DNA of 64,000 nucleotides from Acidobacteriota bacterium (lineage in GTDB: Bacteria > Acidobacteriota > Terriglobia > Terriglobales > Acidobacteriaceae): contig JAJYFA010000001.1 of assembly GCA_021790995.1 (NCBI GenBank), positions 5,520-69,519 of the forward strand, written 5' to 3'. Under the pieces are notes generated by a model that ran no database searches, was not told the origin of the DNA, and saw nothing but the letters and a program-made list of their open reading frames with translations. This document shows, piece after piece, positions 36,201 through 44,539 of the stretch. Position 1 is the first letter of the stretch. Each line of letters opens with the position of its first letter. The position numbers and the translations under genes were made by a program.

Positions 36201-36569
36201 CAGGGCGGCAGCGGCTATTCGTGGCTGCCCAATGTTGTGGCGAGCCCATCAGTGTCCAGCCCGTCGGTCAACGAATGGTTCAACCCGAGCGCATTTGCCA
36301 CTCCGGCGACCGGATCCTTTGGCAACGAGCGGCGCAACATGCTTATCGGGCCCAACTGGCGCGATCTGGACCTGAGCCTGGGCAAGTCCTTTCAGTTGAT
36401 TAAGGGAATGAATCTGGAAATTCGGGCGGATTCGTTCAATGCGTTCAACCACCCGAACTTCTCGCAGCCAAACACCTCGACGGGAACGGGTGTAGTGGGA
36501 GGCGGAGTGATTACCAGCACCGCCGCCGGCGGGCGCGATATTCAGTTGGGAGGCCGCCTGACCTTCTAA
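33276..36569 (+). CDS. TonB-dependent outer-membrane receptor with N-terminal carboxypeptidase-regulatory-like domain (SusC-like role), copy 1
   Basis: 1097 aa. The RBS ggggagga lies 9 nt upstream of the GTG. Signal peptide is MKTNTVRWIAALVVTLAVSVAYDAYGQ. The CarboxypepD_reg block is GEIKGLVTDSSGAVIPGASVTILDIGTGITTKTQTNNAGLYDVPSLLTGQYKITFSAPGF. The protein ends ...LGGRLTF with a terminal Phe. Confidence 0.9.
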   Translation: MKTNTVRWIAALVVTLAVSVAYDAYGQNANSGEIKGLVTDSSGAVIPGASVTILDIGTGITTKTQTNNAGLYDVPSLLTGQYKITFSAPGFRDEVRNGITLQVATIAVNARLQIGQASQQVVVTAEVPLLQTEDSAQHLDLDAKAVQNAPIVGGVWYNELTNELPGVNGGGGQDASGQGIGVNGTEGYSGTFLIDGSIAQQPRDANASDNYPPPDAIGEVNMQTSNFGAQYGNGVAAFNVLIKSGTNKFHGSLFEFDQNDAFNARSYFDRPPLIVAPLHWNEYGGSVGGPIVKDKLFFFFTFQNNPNTSSAVYTTTVPTQGQNGTTNMNTGCFPGPVKNPNTGTNYPGNCINTALDPIAVNIQKYYPAPNFLQSGSNPYLNNYTAVAGSPTTSRWYVAKVDYTPTPKHRLSASYMYFPISLDYNVDQFCSLGFDCTIGNNYNEDGQVTDVWTINDSMVNEARIGGVREVDKYIPPTYGKGYPTTIGLEPTYGTDAPADIFPGITVNSGGGVGGIGINGGIHAVLADGALVESDVFTLIKGRHTIRMGGEFDKSYQNYTGWGDVSSGNFVFSGVSSGVPYADFLLGEVYGWYVYEYPETGARMWNMGAFVQDDFQVMQNLTLNLGFRYQRQGGWGESQNRWGTFSPSVVNTGQYAPPGTLGAMVYGGQDGRNTIQDGVNQWVPRIGFSWSPAPKWAVRASYGISDQPWSVDPYTAAYGIGLNPNGSKGYGNSAAFLLKNGPGPGAVAFPTLANLSNSQYNYDDVNYYPRKRQSAYYQETLLSVQHELPLQMLVDASYVFTKGTHLGFTRDINQVPESLLSGYGTKYTSCYNDPSAYPLFCSIEGAFFDGYSNYNALQLRVEKRTSYGLNFMFNYAWSKSMDTGTGSGNNATADVWQNAFDVPANYSLSELDMRNSINGQATYELPFGAGKRHVLHGVTNEVLGGWRATGIFQIHSGIPFTARTSDNGTDNSGSEATQGGSGYSWLPNVVASPSVSSPSVNEWFNPSAFATPATGSFGNERRNMLIGPNWRDLDLSLGKSFQLIKGMNLEIRADSFNAFNHPNFSQPNTSTGTGVVGGGVITSTAAGGRDIQLGGRLTF

Positions 36570-36588
36570 CCGAGATGTATCGGCAACA

Positions 36589-36648
36589 GCAAACCGGGAT
36601 GTGCGTGGGCGCAGGGATGTGCCCCACATCCCGGTTTGCTTCTATTTT
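36589..36648 (+). terminator. Rho-independent terminator after TBDR copy 1
   Basis: gcaaaccgggatgtg (36589-36603) pairs perfectly with cacatcccggtttgc (36625-36639), a 15-bp stem. It is followed by ttctatttt. Confidence 0.7.
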
Positions 36649-36820
36649 GCCGGCGCAAACCTTAGCGCCATGTAGCTTACAATCACCTGGACAGGCCTTT
36701 CCTATGCGTTCCCGCACCGATCGAGACAAGCGTGAGTCCCCGATTCCCGAAGCGACGATCTCGACCCTAGATCCTTGTTTAATCCAGGGTGAGAGTGCGT
36801 GCTCTGTTGCCGCGCACGGT

Positions 36821-38032
36821 ATGTCGCGCATCCGCAAAGCGCCGGCCGCGATCTTTGCCCGGCTGCTTTGCATGGTTTTTGCAGCGCCGCTGCTCAGTGC
36901 GCAATCTGCTGCGCCCAGCGCGGCCCTGCGGGCGGATCTTGAGCGCGGACAAGCCGCCTTGCAGGCAAAGAACAACGCGCAGGCAGCGGAAGCGTTCCGC
37001 GCCGCGCTTGAACTGGACCCGCGCAATGTGGAGGCTCATGCCAACCTTGGGGCGATAGCCTTCTTCCAGGGAGACTGCCCAGCCGCGGAGCATGAGCTGC
37101 GCAGCGCGCTGCAATCCGCCCCCACACTGATCAAAGCGCAGGCGCTCATCGCCATCTGCGAGAAGCGCACAGGCAGTCGCGCGGCGCAGGCTGATATGGA
37201 GAGCGCCTTCGCCAAATTGAAGGATCCCAAGCTGCGCGTGCAAGTGGGCGTGGAACTGGCAGATCTCTACTATCAGAATGGCGACCTGGACCATACGCTT
37301 CCAGTGGTGCATGAGCTGGTGGCACTGGATCCGGACAATGTGGATCTGCTCTTTTTTGCGCAGCGTATCTACTCTGAGCTGGCAGACGACACCATGAATA
37401 AACTGGCGCTGCTGGCTCCAAACTCCGCGCGTATGCAGCAGTTGATCGCCGAGCGCCTGATCAATGGCGGTGATCTGCAGGGAGCAGTAGATCACTATCG
37501 CAAGGCTCTGGCGGAGGACCCGCGCCTGCCAGGGGTGCGTTTTGAACTGGCCGAAGCAATTCTTGAGGGCTCCAATGGACCCGGCGCGCAGGCGGCGGCA
37601 TTGCAGGAGTTGGATGCCGCCGTGAAGGCAGATGGAGACAGCCCCGGCATTGAATGTGCCTTCGGTCGCATCGCCCTGCTGCGAGGCAAAAACGATGAGG
37701 CCTATACCCATTTTGAACGCGCTTACCGGATGGACCCCAATAATGTTCAGGCGCAGCTTGGGTTGGGCAAGATTCTTTCAGACGAGAATAAGCCAGAGGA
37801 GGCATTGCGCTATCTGCGCCAGGCCGTCGCTGCTGACCCGATGAACGCGAGCGCGCATTATCGGCTGGCCCGCGTTTACCATGCGCTGCATTTTGCAGAC
37901 AAGGAGCGCGAACAAATCAAGTTGTATCAGGAGATTCGCCAGGCCGATGATCGTGTGGCGCAGTTGTACGGCCAGATGAATCGCAAGCCGGAGCCGCAGG
38001 ACGCCATGCCCGGCGAAGAACAGCCGCAATGA
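36821..38032 (+). CDS. Secreted TPR-repeat protein (paralog of 54200-55546)
   Basis: I trimmed the ORF to the ATG at 36821, giving signal peptide MSRIRKAPAAIFARLLCMVFAAPLLSAQS. It is TPR-rich throughout. The C-terminal YRLARVYHALHFADKEREQIKLYQEIR parallels YKLAQIFRKLHDQKQAQAALDHFLQMR in the paralog. Its stop overlaps the kinase start. Confidence 0.8.
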   Translation: MSRIRKAPAAIFARLLCMVFAAPLLSAQSAAPSAALRADLERGQAALQAKNNAQAAEAFRAALELDPRNVEAHANLGAIAFFQGDCPAAEHELRSALQSAPTLIKAQALIAICEKRTGSRAAQADMESAFAKLKDPKLRVQVGVELADLYYQNGDLDHTLPVVHELVALDPDNVDLLFFAQRIYSELADDTMNKLALLAPNSARMQQLIAERLINGGDLQGAVDHYRKALAEDPRLPGVRFELAEAILEGSNGPGAQAAALQELDAAVKADGDSPGIECAFGRIALLRGKNDEAYTHFERAYRMDPNNVQAQLGLGKILSDENKPEEALRYLRQAVAADPMNASAHYRLARVYHALHFADKEREQIKLYQEIRQADDRVAQLYGQMNRKPEPQDAMPGEEQPQ

Positions 38033-41000
38033 GGATTTGGCGATCCGTGGTGCGGAGCGAGTGCGATTTTGTGCGCGGCGGCGCGCGGGCGGAGCGATGG
38101 CTGCCTGGCTTGTGCAGTCTGATTGTCGCGGCATGCATGGCGTACTCTGCGTATGCTTCCGCGCCCTCCGGTTTTACAACCAAGGTTTGGCAAACCCAGG
38201 ACGGGCTGCCGGAACAGACCGTGCAGGCCTTTGCGCAGACTCCCGACCATTATTTATGGATAGGAACGACTGGCGGCCTGTTGCGCTTTGATGGGGTACA
38301 CCTGACCGTCTTTGATGACGAGAACACGCCTGCCCTGACAGGAAATAGTGTCTTTTCGCTGATGGTGTCGAGCGACGGCAGCCTATGGATTGGCACCGAA
38401 GGAGGCGGCCTGCTGCGCTACGCCGGCGGCAGGTTTCATGCCTACGGGATCAAGGATGGGTTGAGCGATGGATTTGTCCGCGCCTTGCTGCAGGATCGTC
38501 AGGGAACCATTTGGGTCGGTACAGATAATGGTTTGCTGCGTTTTGCCGCGGGACGGTTCGAGCGCATCGACGGGGTAAATGGGACACCTGCCATTGCCGT
38601 CCATGCCATTGCCCAGGATCACAGCGGGGGGTTGTGGGTAGGCGGCTCGCGCCTTCTGCGCTTTAGCGGCGATTCCGCGCACGAATATCATTTGGGCGGC
38701 AGCGCCAGTCAGAATCGTGTCAAATCGATTCTTGAAACGTCGGATCACACTGTTTGGGTGGGCACTGTTTCAGGCTTGTACAGGCTGCGCGCGGGCAGAA
38801 AAGCCTTCGAGCGCGTTCCGGGTATTCAGGGCACGGTGCGGGTACTGCGGCAAACGACCGACGGGGCTTTGTGGATTGGCATGATCGGTGAAGGCATCCG
38901 CACCATCCGCGGCGCGGAATCGGTGGCCATGAGCGCCCCTGACGCATTGCCCAGCAATACGGTGCTGAATATCTTTGAGGACGACGAGCGCAACATCTGG
39001 ATTGGCACCCAGGCCGGCATGGTGCGCCTCACGAGCACGCCGACGCGCATTTTTCCCCTGCCCAAGGATGTCGACTCCGACTTCGGCACCATCTTTGCCG
39101 ATCGCGACGGAACGCTTTGGGTAGTCTCCATGGATGTCTTTCGCATGCGTGACGGCGTGATCCGGCCGTACACATTTCCCGGCCTCGGCCGCGTGCCCGT
39201 GCGTAATGTGTTTCGTGACCGTGCAGGCGCGCTGTGGATCGGCACCGATGGCGAGGGCATCATCCGCATGGATAAGGGGAAAAATCTCTGGATGACAAGC
39301 AAGAATGGGCTGGTGAATAATTTCATCCGCGCCATACTGCAGAGCCGTGACGGAAGCATGTGGATCGCAACCGACGAGGGGGTGAGCCACTGGACCTCGC
39401 ATGGGTTCATCAATTACCGCATGCTCGACGGACTGTCGTACTTCAGCACCCGGGCGCTGCTCGAGGACCGCAACGGCGATCTGTGGATCGGCACGGATCG
39501 CGGTTTGAACCGCCTGCACAACGGCGTGTTCGTCCACGATGCGGCCACCGAAGGGCTAAGCCAGAAGAAGGTATGGGCCATCCATGAAGACAAGGACGGG
39601 GGAATATGGTTCGGCACGCGCGATGATGGGCTGTACCGTTGGAAGCAGGGCAAGCTGACCCATTACACAACGGATCAGGGCTTGGCGAGCAACAGCATCT
39701 ATCAGATCCTCGAAGATGCCAGGGGCGGCTTCTGGATCAGCGGACCAAACGGAATTTCACTGCTCAACCGGCACGAGCTGGATGCCGCTGCCGATCATCC
39801 ATCGCAGCATCTGGCGCTTACGTTTTATGGCATCTCCAATGAAGTGAATGCGGCCCAGATCTACGGCGGCAGGCAGCCGTCCGGCTGTCTCGATGCACAG
39901 GGAGAGGTCTGGTTTCCCACCAATCGCGGCCCGCTGCACATTCTCAAAGTGAGTGCGCAGAGTCTACCCCTGCCCCCGGTTGTGATCCACGATGTGCTGG
40001 TAAATGGACGGCCTGTGCCTGTCAACTCGCCCGTAGTGATCAAGCCCGGCAACAGCCGCCTGGAAATTGCCTACGCGCCTATCCTTCTGCGCTCGCAGGA
40101 CGGCGTGCGCTTTCGTTATCAGCTACAGGGTTTTGACGCCAACTGGATCGATGCCGGCACGCGCCGCGTTGTGTCGTACACCAATCTGCCTGCCGGCAAA
40201 TACACCTTCCGCGTGGCTGCGTTCGAGGTGAATAACCCGAAAGCTATCTCGCAAGCTGCCTTGGCCATCGTGCAACAGCCGCACTTTTACCGCACGCCGT
40301 GGTTCATAGTCTCCTGCGTTCTGCTGCTGGCGGCCATCGTTCTGGGCATCTATCGATTCAGGCTGTGGCAGATCAAGATGCGCTTTGAAGCGGTTCTGGA
40401 CGAACGCGGGCGACTGGCGCGCGAGATGCATGATACGGTCATTCAGGGATGCGTAAGTGTCTCTGCGCTGATGGAGGCGCTCTCCAGCGTCAACCAGGGT
40501 GGCGATCCATTGACGCAGAACCTGGTGGAGCATGCGCGCACCCAACTGCGGAGCACGATTGATGAAGCCCGCGAGGCGGTGTGGGACCTTCGTTGTGACA
40601 AAGCCGCTGAAAACTCCTTTGGACCGGCCCTGCAGCGGATGGCAGAGCAGATCGTCATGGAGTCGGGCATTCCGATCAGTTGCGAGCTGACGGGTAAGCC
40701 GTTCGTGCTCAATCAATTTGCGACGCATGAGCTGCTAATGATGGCAAGAGAAGCAGTCTATAACGCCGTGCTCCACGCCAAACCCGGCAGAATTGAAGTG
40801 CACGCCTGTTTTTCCCGTAACGGCCTGACTCTGGAGGTGCGTGACGACGGTTCGGGCTTCGACCCCGCAGCCATTCGTGCACACAAGGACCATCATTATG
40901 GACTGGTCGGCATGCGGGAGCGGGTGCAGTCCGTCGGCGGGCGCTTTCTCCTGCGAAGCGCCGCAGGCAAGGGAACGGAAATCCAAATCCAGATTCCGCG

Positions 41001-41040
41001 CAAGGTTTCAATTGCGCGAAACGTAATGCAGAGTGCCTGA
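38029..41040 (+). CDS. Sensor histidine kinase with Reg_prop propeller + Y_Y_Y sensor, HisKA_3 and HATPase_c (paralog of 19271-22288)
   Basis: 1003 aa with an ATGA overlap with the TPR gene. A representative repeat is QDGLPEQTVQAFAQTPDHYLWIGTTGGLLRFDG. The Y_Y_Y block is VRFRYQLQGFDANWIDAGTRRVVSYTNLPAGKYTFRVAA. The H-box is RLAREMHDTVIQG and the ATPase region is EVRDDGSGF...YGLVGMRERV. Confidence 0.9.
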   Translation: MRIWRSVVRSECDFVRGGARAERWLPGLCSLIVAACMAYSAYASAPSGFTTKVWQTQDGLPEQTVQAFAQTPDHYLWIGTTGGLLRFDGVHLTVFDDENTPALTGNSVFSLMVSSDGSLWIGTEGGGLLRYAGGRFHAYGIKDGLSDGFVRALLQDRQGTIWVGTDNGLLRFAAGRFERIDGVNGTPAIAVHAIAQDHSGGLWVGGSRLLRFSGDSAHEYHLGGSASQNRVKSILETSDHTVWVGTVSGLYRLRAGRKAFERVPGIQGTVRVLRQTTDGALWIGMIGEGIRTIRGAESVAMSAPDALPSNTVLNIFEDDERNIWIGTQAGMVRLTSTPTRIFPLPKDVDSDFGTIFADRDGTLWVVSMDVFRMRDGVIRPYTFPGLGRVPVRNVFRDRAGALWIGTDGEGIIRMDKGKNLWMTSKNGLVNNFIRAILQSRDGSMWIATDEGVSHWTSHGFINYRMLDGLSYFSTRALLEDRNGDLWIGTDRGLNRLHNGVFVHDAATEGLSQKKVWAIHEDKDGGIWFGTRDDGLYRWKQGKLTHYTTDQGLASNSIYQILEDARGGFWISGPNGISLLNRHELDAAADHPSQHLALTFYGISNEVNAAQIYGGRQPSGCLDAQGEVWFPTNRGPLHILKVSAQSLPLPPVVIHDVLVNGRPVPVNSPVVIKPGNSRLEIAYAPILLRSQDGVRFRYQLQGFDANWIDAGTRRVVSYTNLPAGKYTFRVAAFEVNNPKAISQAALAIVQQPHFYRTPWFIVSCVLLLAAIVLGIYRFRLWQIKMRFEAVLDERGRLAREMHDTVIQGCVSVSALMEALSSVNQGGDPLTQNLVEHARTQLRSTIDEAREAVWDLRCDKAAENSFGPALQRMAEQIVMESGIPISCELTGKPFVLNQFATHELLMMAREAVYNAVLHAKPGRIEVHACFSRNGLTLEVRDDGSGFDPAAIRAHKDHHYGLVGMRERVQSVGGRFLLRSAAGKGTEIQIQIPRKVSIARNVMQSA

Positions 41041-41042
41041 AC

Positions 41043-41687
41043 ATGGATGAGCAGAAACAAATAAAGGTGCTGATTGTCGATGACCATCCGATTATGCGCA
41101 TCGGCATTGCGGCTATCATCAATGCCCGCGCCGACATGGTAACGGTGGCTGAGGCCGGAAGCGGGGAGAGCGCCGTGGACTTGTTTGAGAAGTATCGTCC
41201 GGATATCACCCTCATGGATCTGCGCCTGCCCGGGATCAGCGGCGTTGAAACCATTCGCAGGATCCGCGCGCGGCATCCGGAGGCTTGTTTTGTGGTGCTC
41301 ACCACCTACGAGGGCGACGAGGACATTTATCAGGCGCTGGAAGCCGGGGCGCGCGCGTACGTCATCAAAGGCATGCAGCATGAGGCGCTGGTGGATGCTT
41401 TGCGCCGGGTGTATGCAGGCGGCCGCTTTCTTCCCTCGCCGGTCTCGCGCGCCCTGGCTGCGCGCACCCCGGATTCGGACCTGAGCGCACGCGAGCGGGA
41501 GGTCCTGCAACTGCTGGCGCAGGGCGAAAGCAACAAGAGGATCGCATTCCTGCTGGGCATAACGGAGGCGACCGTCAAGTGTCACGTTAGTGTGATCCTG
41601 ATGCGGCTGCAGGTGGAAGATCGCACGCAGGCCGTGGTGGCGGCTCTGCAGCGCGGACTGGTTCACCTGCCGCGCGAAGCGCACTAA
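41043..41687 (+). CDS. NarL/LuxR-family response regulator (paralog of 22285-22932)
   Basis: 214 aa. Contains IKVLIVDDHPIMRIGI, PDITLMDLRLPGISG and the HTH LSAREREVLQLLAQGESNKRIAFLLGITEATVKCHVSVILMRLQV. Confidence 0.9.
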   Translation: MDEQKQIKVLIVDDHPIMRIGIAAIINARADMVTVAEAGSGESAVDLFEKYRPDITLMDLRLPGISGVETIRRIRARHPEACFVVLTTYEGDEDIYQALEAGARAYVIKGMQHEALVDALRRVYAGGRFLPSPVSRALAARTPDSDLSAREREVLQLLAQGESNKRIAFLLGITEATVKCHVSVILMRLQVEDRTQAVVAALQRGLVHLPREAH

Positions 41688-41731
41688 CCGCGGTCGGTTG
41701 TCAGTATCCCTTGCTGCTCAATGCGAAGCCC

Positions 41732-44371
41732 CTATGCTTCCATGGTGTTCAGGAGCAAGCTGGCAGAGCGCAGATTGGGCGAGGATGCAGTAATCCTGAC
41801 TGCCCCGGCCCGTGCGGTGGCTTGTACGATCGCCAGGCACATTCCGTTGAATGCTTGCCGGTGAGCGCCCTTGTAGCCCTCGTGGCTGAAGGGGTTGCCG
41901 TTGTCCACGCCGATCAACCTGCCTTCACCCTCCACCGCAAACGCGATCTCGTTCTCTGCAAGGGGGACCATGCGGCCCTGTTCATCCAGAACCTGTACAA
42001 CGAGATGAGAGACATCGCGCCGATCCGCGGCAAGGATCATCCGGTCTGCCGATAGCGCAATCGCAACCGGAGAGCCGGTGGTCGCTACTGCGGCGGTAGA
42101 GACCACGCTGCCGTTCTTAACGGCAACAGCTTTCAACTCCCCAGGCTCGTAGGGAACATCCCACGACAGATGCAGGTCGGCAGTGGTTCTGAGAGTCTTT
42201 GCGCGCGCAGGGAAGTTGCCATAAGTTCCTTCCATGCCGATGCGCGGAAACTCATATCCCTTTACGCCGAAGGATTTGCCGTTCAGGAAAAGCTCCACGG
42301 TATCGCAATTGGTGTAGCAGGTCACAGGAATGACCTGTCCTTCTTTCCCCTGCCAGTTCCAGTGCGGAAACAGATGCAGCATGGGCTTGGCCGCCCACTG
42401 GCTCTGATAGAAGTAGAAGCTGTCTTTCTTGAATCCGCAGGTGTCGATGGCGCCGCACAGGGAGCTCTTCATGGGCCAGAATGCCTCGCCGAGATAATCG
42501 ATGCCCGTCCACATGAAGTCTCCGGCGACATAATCGCGGGAGCCGACAAACTTCCATAGCTGCTCTACGTCGATGTTCAGATTCTGCTGGAGAAGCATCA
42601 TGTGCCGCGGCGCCCGCTCTGCGGAGGCAAGCAGGCTGCTATAGTCGCCGCGGATACCGCCCATGCCTACGCTTTCCGTGCCGATGACGCGGCGCATGGG
42701 AAATGCGGCGTGGTCGATGCTGTAGTAGAGCTCCGCCCGTTCATGCCAGCGGTCCACGTAGTTGTAGCCCACGATATCCAGCTCGGCAAGGAACTCCGGG
42801 CGGACGCGATTGGAGAGCGGGTCGGAGGCAATGCGGTCGCAGGCCGCGGTTACCGGCCGCGTGGGATCTTCGCGGTGAAAGATATTGAGCAGTCCGCGCA
42901 GAGTCTGCGCTCCGTCGGGCGCGGACTGATCGCCAATCTCGTTGCCGGCGCTCCAAAGAATGATCGAAGGATGATTGCGGTCGCGGTGCAGAAAATTGGT
43001 CAGGTCACGCTCGTGCCACTCATCGAAGTACAGGCTGTAGCCATAGCGAATCTGCTCTTTGGGAACCTTCCACTCATCGAAGGCCTCGGCCATGACCAGA
43101 AAGCCCATCCTGTCGCACAGATCCAGAAACTCGGTTGCAAAGGGATTATGGCTGGTGCGAATTGCATTGCAGCCCATCTCGCGCAAAGTCTCCAGCCGGC
43201 GCTCCCACACGCGCTCTGGAACCGCCGCGCCCATGCAGCCGGCTTCATGGTGAATGCACACCCCATTCAGCTTGATGTGCTCTCCATTCAGTTGAAAGCC
43301 GCGATCCGCATCGAAGACGGCATCGCGGATTCCGATGGGCGTGTCATATACGTCCACCACGCGGCCCGATTCGCGCACCGTGTTGCGCACCGTGTAGAGA
43401 TAGGGACTGACAGGCGACCACAGGCTGGGCTTCTCCAAAGTCATCTGCTGCACGAACTCAAAGCTGTCATTTGCTTCCACGTTTTGCACGTTGACCGTGC
43501 TTTGAACTGTCTTTCCATCGCGATCGAGAATGGCTGTCATGAGCGTGCATTGTGCCGCGCCTCTACCTCCGTTGGCAATCCGGGTTCGTATTTCGACCGC
43601 AGCGGCATCCTTTGACACGCGCGGGCAGAACACAAACGTTCCCCATTGCGCCACGCGGAGGGGATGCGTGACCTGCAGCCAGGTATGCCGGTAGATGCCG
43701 GACCCGGAGTACCAGCGACAGTTGGTCTGGCGCGAGTTATCCACGCGCACCGCCACCACATTTTCGCCGCCGAAGTTCAGGCGCCCCGTGAGTTCATAGA
43801 AGAAGGGAACGTAGCCATAGGGGCGCAGACCGAGAGAGTGGCCGTTGATCCATACCTCGCTGTTCTGGTAGACGCCGTCGAGTTGGAGCGTGACGATCCT
43901 GTCGCGATACGCCGCGGGCACATGAAATCTCTTGCGATACCACCCGATTCCCGTGGGCATATAGCCCCCCGGACCGCTGGACGCTGCGTCCTCATCCATA
44001 GGCCCCTCGATGCTCCAGTCATGGGGCAGATTCACATCGCGCCACCCTCCGTCAACAAAGTCCTGCAGATGTGCATTTGCGGCGTCGCCTTTCATAAACT
44101 TCCATTGGAAGTCAAAGCTCTGCCTGATCCTTTCTGCAGCGACATCGCCGGCCAGCAAGTATTCCATCGGGCGAAGATACGGAGCCGCGGTTGCCAGCGC
44201 CGCGCCGCAGGCGGCTTGGGTCAGCACTTCGCGCCGGCTAAAAAGCAGGCCGGATGTTTGACTTGCACTCGACAGGAGAGCTTTTCCGTGGCCCATTCTT
44301 GATGTACGATCCTTCCCGCTGGCGAAAGCAAACCGCATGTGTGGAAATGAGTTGTTCTGCGACAAAGACAC
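41732..44371 (-). CDS. Glycoside hydrolase family 2 (beta-galactosidase-like)
   Basis: GH2 blocks are WRDVNLPHDWSIEG, GIGWYRKRF, LQLDGVYQNSEVWINGHSLG, NAIRTSHNP and NHPSIILWSAGNEIGD. A Tat-like SRREVLTQAACGAALATAAP suggests the real start may be ATG 44338 or 44296 rather than 44371. Confidence 0.85.
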   Translation of the reverse strand: MSLSQNNSFPHMRFAFASGKDRTSRMGHGKALLSSASQTSGLLFSRREVLTQAACGAALATAAPYLRPMEYLLAGDVAAERIRQSFDFQWKFMKGDAANAHLQDFVDGGWRDVNLPHDWSIEGPMDEDAASSGPGGYMPTGIGWYRKRFHVPAAYRDRIVTLQLDGVYQNSEVWINGHSLGLRPYGYVPFFYELTGRLNFGGENVVAVRVDNSRQTNCRWYSGSGIYRHTWLQVTHPLRVAQWGTFVFCPRVSKDAAAVEIRTRIANGGRGAAQCTLMTAILDRDGKTVQSTVNVQNVEANDSFEFVQQMTLEKPSLWSPVSPYLYTVRNTVRESGRVVDVYDTPIGIRDAVFDADRGFQLNGEHIKLNGVCIHHEAGCMGAAVPERVWERRLETLREMGCNAIRTSHNPFATEFLDLCDRMGFLVMAEAFDEWKVPKEQIRYGYSLYFDEWHERDLTNFLHRDRNHPSIILWSAGNEIGDQSAPDGAQTLRGLLNIFHREDPTRPVTAACDRIASDPLSNRVRPEFLAELDIVGYNYVDRWHERAELYYSIDHAAFPMRRVIGTESVGMGGIRGDYSSLLASAERAPRHMMLLQQNLNIDVEQLWKFVGSRDYVAGDFMWTGIDYLGEAFWPMKSSLCGAIDTCGFKKDSFYFYQSQWAAKPMLHLFPHWNWQGKEGQVIPVTCYTNCDTVELFLNGKSFGVKGYEFPRIGMEGTYGNFPARAKTLRTTADLHLSWDVPYEPGELKAVAVKNGSVVSTAAVATTGSPVAIALSADRMILAADRRDVSHLVVQVLDEQGRMVPLAENEIAFAVEGEGRLIGVDNGNPFSHEGYKGAHRQAFNGMCLAIVQATARAGAVRITASSPNLRSASLLLNTMEA

Positions 44372-44410
44372 TTCTACTTAATGAATTCGAACACATACCA
44401 ACTCCCGTGA

Positions 44411-44430
44411 AATCCGACTTTTGTCGGATT
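44411..44430. promoter_or_regulatory. Candidate operator, copy 2 (the most symmetric) of the 20-bp palindrome
   Basis: aatccgacttttgtcggatt has perfect 8-bp arms around a 4-nt centre. It sits in the divergent region between GH2 (minus strand) and the GH-A enzyme (plus strand, ATG 44540). Confidence 0.55.
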
Positions 44431-44539
44431 GATGCCGCAGATTGATGGTATAGAGTGGCTGCGGAGAACAGATGGAAGAAAATTTGTCCGGAAATTTCCG
44501 GCGGATGGGATTTCAGCCCCTGCCGCAGAAGGAAATCAC

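Noticed and set aside
44488-44501. A perfect 14-bp palindrome CCGGAAATTTCCGG about 40 nt upstream of the GH-A start.
   Set aside because: Zero-spacer palindromes with 7-bp arms are expected a few times by chance in 64 kb. There is only one copy, with no related site elsewhere in the window. I note it but do not call it an operator.
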